Assembly (NCBI GenBank): GCA_036229005.1
Contig: JAZAMN010000006.1
Coordinates: forward strand, 64,001 to 128,000
DNA: 64,000 nucleotides
Origin: Myxococcota bacterium
GTDB lineage: Bacteria; Myxococcota_A; UBA796; CAJQPC01
Direction: 5' to 3'
The position numbers and the translations under genes were made by a program. Positions 60,296 to 64,000 of this stretch are shown here, piece by piece. The notes beneath the pieces were generated by a model, which saw only the letters and a list, made by a program, of their open reading frames with translations, was not told the origin of the DNA and made no database searches. Position 1 is the first letter of the stretch; the number at the start of each line of letters is the position of its first letter.

Positions 60296-61873
60296 TCAGG
60301 GGTTGGAAGCCCAGCCCCCGTCCTTCATGGTCAGGTCGATCGAGTAGACAAAGGTGGGGTTGGCCAGCGCCTTGGGCGGCCTGGCGACGCGCTTGGGGAT
60401 GCTGTTGAGCGCCAGGGCTTCGAGCTCCTCGTAGTCGCTGTGGCGCACGACCTCCTTGGAGAGCACCCGGCCGCGCTCGTCCACGGTGATCCGGACGCGC
60501 ACGGTGCCCTGCACCCCCATGGCCTTGAGCTCGGTGGGGGTGTTCTCGCGCCACTGGCGGTCGATCTGCTCTTCGAGCTGCTTGTAGTAGCCGGCGTGTT
60601 CGTCCGCGCGGGCGTTGAACGCGCTGGTCGGGCCGACCTCCAGCTCTTGCTCCAGGGTCTCCACGGAGGCGAGGGCAGGGGCCCCTTCTTCGTGCTGGGT
60701 GCCTTGCACCGACGCCTGCGTCTGGGTCTTGAGCACCTGATCGCCACCCCAGCCAGGCGAGGTCTGCGGAGTGTCCGCCCCATCGACCTCCAGCTCGGTC
60801 ACCGCCGGGGCGTCGTCCAGCTCCACCTGCTGGGGGTCTTGGGCGCTGTGGTCCTGCTCCCCCTGGCTCCCCTGGGTCTCCGGGGCGCGCTCCCCCCGGG
60901 CCTGCACCAGCTCCAGATCGAGGCTGCGCTCAGGGGTCTCCAGCTCGCTCGGAGCCAGGGTGGGCGGGGCGCGCCCGACGCTGGGGTCCACGCGCACCGC
61001 CATGGGCAGCCAGCCTTCGGGGGCGGGGGGTGGGGACTCTTCGCTGCCTGCGCGGGCCTCGGAGGGACCGCCTCGGGAGCTGGTGGATACCGCGCGAGCC
61101 CCTGCGCCCTGACTGTCGCTGCCTCGGCGGCCGCCGGCCTCATCCCCGTCTTTGCCTGGGCCGCGAGCCTGCGCCCCCCCTGCCTGGCCCAGTCCGTCCT
61201 CTCCCAAGGCCGCCTTGCGCTCCAGGGGCGTGGCCTGCTCGATGGGGGCGCGCAGCTCGGCCTCCTTCTCGCCACGCCGGGCCGCCTCCTGGTCAGGGGC
61301 GACCGTGGTGTCCGGGGAGTTGTTCCCGGCCTGTCCCTGGGCCCCCCGACTGCCCTCGGTGACCGGCCCCTCCAGCTCGGAGATGCTCTCGGCTCGCTGC
61401 TCGACGAGGGCGCGGTGGTCGACCTCGGAGATGTGGCGCGTCGGCTCCACTGGAGGCGACGTGGCCGGGGCTTCGCTGCGGACGTTGATGCGGCGCGGAT
61501 CCTCCTCATCCTGCTCGGCGGGCTCTTCCGGGGAGGCCTCCGCCAGGATCTGCGCGGGGTCCAGGCTGGCGTCGACCGTGGTGTCCTCGTCTGGGGGGTG
61601 CCCGCGCTCCGCGGGCTGCACAGAGGCCAGGGTCTCCAGATCCCCGGGGGTGAGCCCCGAGTCGGTCTGCTCCAGGTCCACCTCCTCGTCTCCCTCCACC
61701 GCATCCACCGGCAGGGTGGGCTCCGGAAGCTCCACGAAGCTGAGCTCGATGGGGGGCTCTGGCTGGCTGGCGTCGGCCTCCGGATCGCCCAGATGGATCA
61801 CCATGAGGGCCAAGGGGAGGTGCAGGCAGAGGCTCAGTCCGATCGAGCGAAGCCAGCGCTTGCGGGCACGGAC
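60296..61873 (-). CDS. TonB/TolA-like protein with no obvious own start; probably the frameshifted C-terminal part of an anti-sigma fusion
   Basis: TM with SLCLH; long acidic disordered linker; GTVRVRITVDERGRV....SDY..LE..AL. Confidence 0.75.
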   Translation of the reverse strand, partial: VRARKRWLRSIGLSLCLHLPLALMVIHLGDPEADASQPEPPIELSFVELPEPTLPVDAVEGDEEVDLEQTDSGLTPGDLETLASVQPAERGHPPDEDTTVDASLDPAQILAEASPEEPAEQDEEDPRRINVRSEAPATSPPVEPTRHISEVDHRALVEQRAESISELEGPVTEGSRGAQGQAGNNSPDTTVAPDQEAARRGEKEAELRAPIEQATPLERKAALGEDGLGQAGGAQARGPGKDGDEAGGRRGSDSQGAGARAVSTSSRGGPSEARAGSEESPPPAPEGWLPMAVRVDPSVGRAPPTLAPSELETPERSLDLELVQARGERAPETQGSQGEQDHSAQDPQQVELDDAPAVTELEVDGADTPQTSPGWGGDQVLKTQTQASVQGTQHEEGAPALASVETLEQELEVGPTSAFNARADEHAGYYKQLEEQIDRQWRENTPTELKAMGVQGTVRVRITVDERGRVLSKEVVRHSDYEELEALALNSIPKRVARPPKALANPTFVYSIDLTMKDGGWASNP

Positions 61874-62103
61874 CCGGCGATCGTGCCGCGGATCCGGTCC
61901 CAGATCCGCTCCCTGGCGGGGGGCTCCAGGCGCCGCTGCAGAGCCCGGCGCGTCAGCTCCCCGCTGATCTCGAGCCCGCTTTGCATGTTCCTGCAGTCCT
62001 GACATTGGTCCAGGTGCCTCAGCAGAGCCTGACACGCCGCAGCCGACAAAGTGCCCAACTCCAGCTCCAACAAGGAACTGCTCACATCCTGACAGCTCGG
62101 CAT
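61834..62103 (-). CDS. Zinc-binding anti-sigma (zf-HC2/ZAS) domain
   Basis: MPSC...HLDQCQDC (HxxxCxxC) directly downstream of an ECF sigma gene. Confidence 0.8.
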   Translation of the reverse strand: MPSCQDVSSSLLELELGTLSAAACQALLRHLDQCQDCRNMQSGLEISGELTRRALQRRLEPPARERIWDRIRGTIAGSVPASAGFARSD

Positions 62104-62193
62104 CGGGGTCTCCGGTCAATTCCCTGCTTGAGATGCCGAAGGCCGCGCTCTGATTCGGACGGGGCGGATTGGACCTGAGCAGGATCGCCGCGC

Positions 62194-62799
62194 TCAGAGC
62201 TGTCCGGCCAGGTAGTCCTGCAGGGCCTCCCGGATGCTCAGGCGGGCGCGGTGCAGGCGGGTCTTGACGGCAGGCACGGAGAGGTCCAGGCGCTCCCCGA
62301 TCTCCCGCATGCTGAGGTGCTCGAAGTCGGCGAGGATCAGGACCGCCCGGTACTTGTCGGGCAGCGCGTCGATGGCCTGGTGCAGGCGCTCACCGAGCTC
62401 GCGGTCCTCCATCGACTTGGGCGCGAGGGGGCGCAGGTCCACCACGGGGCGCTCGAAGCCGCCGTCCTCGGAGTAGCTGGGGCCCTGGATGCGCAGGGGC
62501 TGCTCGGGGCGACGCCGCCGACTCCGTAGGCGCATGAGGCTCGCGTTCGAGGCGATCCGGAAGAGCCAGCCGCGGAAGGGGGACTCGGCCCGGTAGGTGT
62601 GCAGCTTGCGGTAGGCGTTCAGGAAGGTCTCCTGGACCACGTCGTGGGCCTCCGGCTCGTTGCGGACCATCCCCATCGCGATCGAGAAGACCCGGTCGCT
62701 GTAGCGGCGGAAGAGCTCTTCGAAGCTGCGGGGGTCACCGCTCAGGGTGCGGGTCACGAGCAGGCTGTCGTCGGAGATCTGGATGCTGGTCGAGGTCAT
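62194..62799 (-). CDS. ECF RNA polymerase sigma factor
   Basis: FEELFRRY, EAHDVVQETF, FRGWLFRIASN, LPDKYRAV, VKTRLHRAR. Confidence 0.95.
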   Translation of the reverse strand: MTSTSIQISDDSLLVTRTLSGDPRSFEELFRRYSDRVFSIAMGMVRNEPEAHDVVQETFLNAYRKLHTYRAESPFRGWLFRIASNASLMRLRSRRRRPEQPLRIQGPSYSEDGGFERPVVDLRPLAPKSMEDRELGERLHQAIDALPDKYRAVLILADFEHLSMREIGERLDLSVPAVKTRLHRARLSIREALQDYLAGQL

Positions 62800-62958
62800 G
62801 CGCGGCTCCATCTGCAGCGGCCCCGGGGGGCCATTCACAGCGCCGTATGCCTGGCCTCTGCGAGCGGTTACCGGCCGATCCGATCGCCCGCGGGTTTTTT
62901 CGCCAAGGCGTGGTGGCTGCAGCGCCGCAAGGCTGGTCGCTCCGAGGATTAGGTGGGC

Positions 62959-63366
62959 ATGTCCAAGTCTCCTCGCGGTCTGCTTGAGAGGGTGCTGGGT
63001 CGCGGAAAGCGGCTGGCCCACCGTGTCCAGCAGCGGTCCCGCCCAAAGCGCCTGCCAGAAGGGACCCCCGTCGAGGTCGACTTTGGCGAGGCCGGCAGCG
63101 GGGAGGGGAAGGTGGGCCAGAGCCTGCTGCAGGTGGCCCGGGAGCTCGACATCGACCTGGACCACTTCTGTGGGGGGCGCTGCTCCTGCGGGACCTGCCG
63201 CATCATCGTGAGCGCCGAGACCGCGGGCAACCTGAGCCGGCCCTCCATGAATGAGGAGCTCGCGCTGGGAGCCAAGGCCGCCGCCCGGGGGGATCGGTTG
63301 GCCTGCCAGGCGCGCCTGCAGGGGCCCGTCTCGCTAAGGATCCCGAGCACCTTCAACGGAGCTTGA
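62959..63366 (+). CDS. [2Fe-2S] ferredoxin (adrenodoxin/ISC-type)
   Basis: CGGRCSCGTC ... RLACQ. Confidence 0.92.
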   Translation: MSKSPRGLLERVLGRGKRLAHRVQQRSRPKRLPEGTPVEVDFGEAGSGEGKVGQSLLQVARELDIDLDHFCGGRCSCGTCRIIVSAETAGNLSRPSMNEELALGAKAAARGDRLACQARLQGPVSLRIPSTFNGA

Positions 63367-63870
63367 GTGCCCCCTCACGCCACCCGACGTCTGAACCTGG
63401 TCCTCGTCCCCGGTGACTGGGACCGCCCCCCGCGGCCGGGCGCCCTGGAGCACCTCCAGGCCCTGCTCGAGGCCAAGGGCTACATCCTCTCCGACGGCCG
63501 CGCGGGCCCTCGGGCGCCAGAGCTCATCAGCGGGAGCTTCGCCCTGTTCCGAGTCGACAGGCCGCTGCGCTACGGCGTCTACGGCAACCGGGTGGGGGGC
63601 TTCCATGTCCGCTGTCCGGCGTGCGCTGCGGACATCCCCAAGCCCTGGGGCAAGGCGGTCGAGGGGCTGCGGGCCAAGGGGGAGTGGGTGCTCCAGTGTC
63701 CCGCCTGCCAGGTGGACATCGGGCCTGCAGGGGCGCTGACCATTCCGGAGGCACGCGTCGCGCGATTTGCGCTGGAGTTTCGAGATGTTGGCTCGGCAGA
63801 TCTCAGGCGAATTCCAGAGTTTGATGCAGCGCTCGGGCCCGACTGGGGGTTGGTCTACCTTCGGGGCTGA
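63367..63870 (+). CDS. Hypothetical protein with double CxxC zinc ribbon
   Basis: CPAC-x21-CPAC; abuts ferredoxin stop. Confidence 0.6.
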   Translation: MPPHATRRLNLVLVPGDWDRPPRPGALEHLQALLEAKGYILSDGRAGPRAPELISGSFALFRVDRPLRYGVYGNRVGGFHVRCPACAADIPKPWGKAVEGLRAKGEWVLQCPACQVDIGPAGALTIPEARVARFALEFRDVGSADLRRIPEFDAALGPDWGLVYLRG

Positions 63871-63876
63871 GCCTGC

Positions 63877-63999
63877 TCAGTAGAGGCGCTCGACCCTCCC
63901 CGCCTGCTCAGCGCGCGCGCCCGGGGCGCCGACAAAGAGCGCTCCATCCACTGCCAGCAGGCTGCTCCCGAACAGGCCCACGCCCACGTCGATCTGGGT
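63877..63999 (-). CDS. C-terminus of an FG-GAP (integrin-alpha-like) repeat protein, truncated by window
   Basis: Reverse translation: GLFGSSLLAVDGALFVGAPGARAEQAGRVERLY*. Confidence 0.65.
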   Translation of the reverse strand, partial: TQIDVGVGLFGSSLLAVDGALFVGAPGARAEQAGRVERLY

Positions 64000-64000
64000 G

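Overview
High-GC, densely coding chromosomal window with no prophage, IS, CRISPR or rRNA. Gene content (Ser/Thr kinases, FHA-GAF-sigma54 activator, DT-repeat lipoproteins, PilT paralog, TonB-like proteins) suggests a Myxococcota-like deltaproteobacterium (inference). Housekeeping genes: ffh (partial), grpE, trmL, manC, gmd plus an rmd-like reductase, fxsA, mazG, dnaE, lipB, tRNA-Val(GAC), rpmI, rplT, ihfA, a MerR-family regulator, two identical tRNA-Pro(GGG), surE, exoD, apt, coaE, a NUDIX hydrolase, a DUF299 regulator, lon, a biotin carboxylase and carrier, and tatBC. Most notable observations: (1) an ECF sigma operon whose zinc anti-sigma domain and a TonB-like protein are joined by a single -1 frameshift, followed by a second TonB-like gene; (2) an 11 kb candidate trans-envelope signalling operon (barrel/Ig protein, giant Ig lipoprotein, FecR, a sensor kinase with a dead ATP domain and a sensor-less intact kinase); (3) a four-unit tRNA-Pro/terminator tandem array with progressive decay; (4) several pseudo-enzymes (PilT without Walker A, a cyclase-like tail on a kinase, degenerate FHA, degenerate DnaE PHP); (5) a 44-aa TatA-like ORF missing from the ORF track; (6) a recurring -10/6-nt/start-codon leaderless signature. 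All product calls come from motif recognition by eye; no database searches were run.
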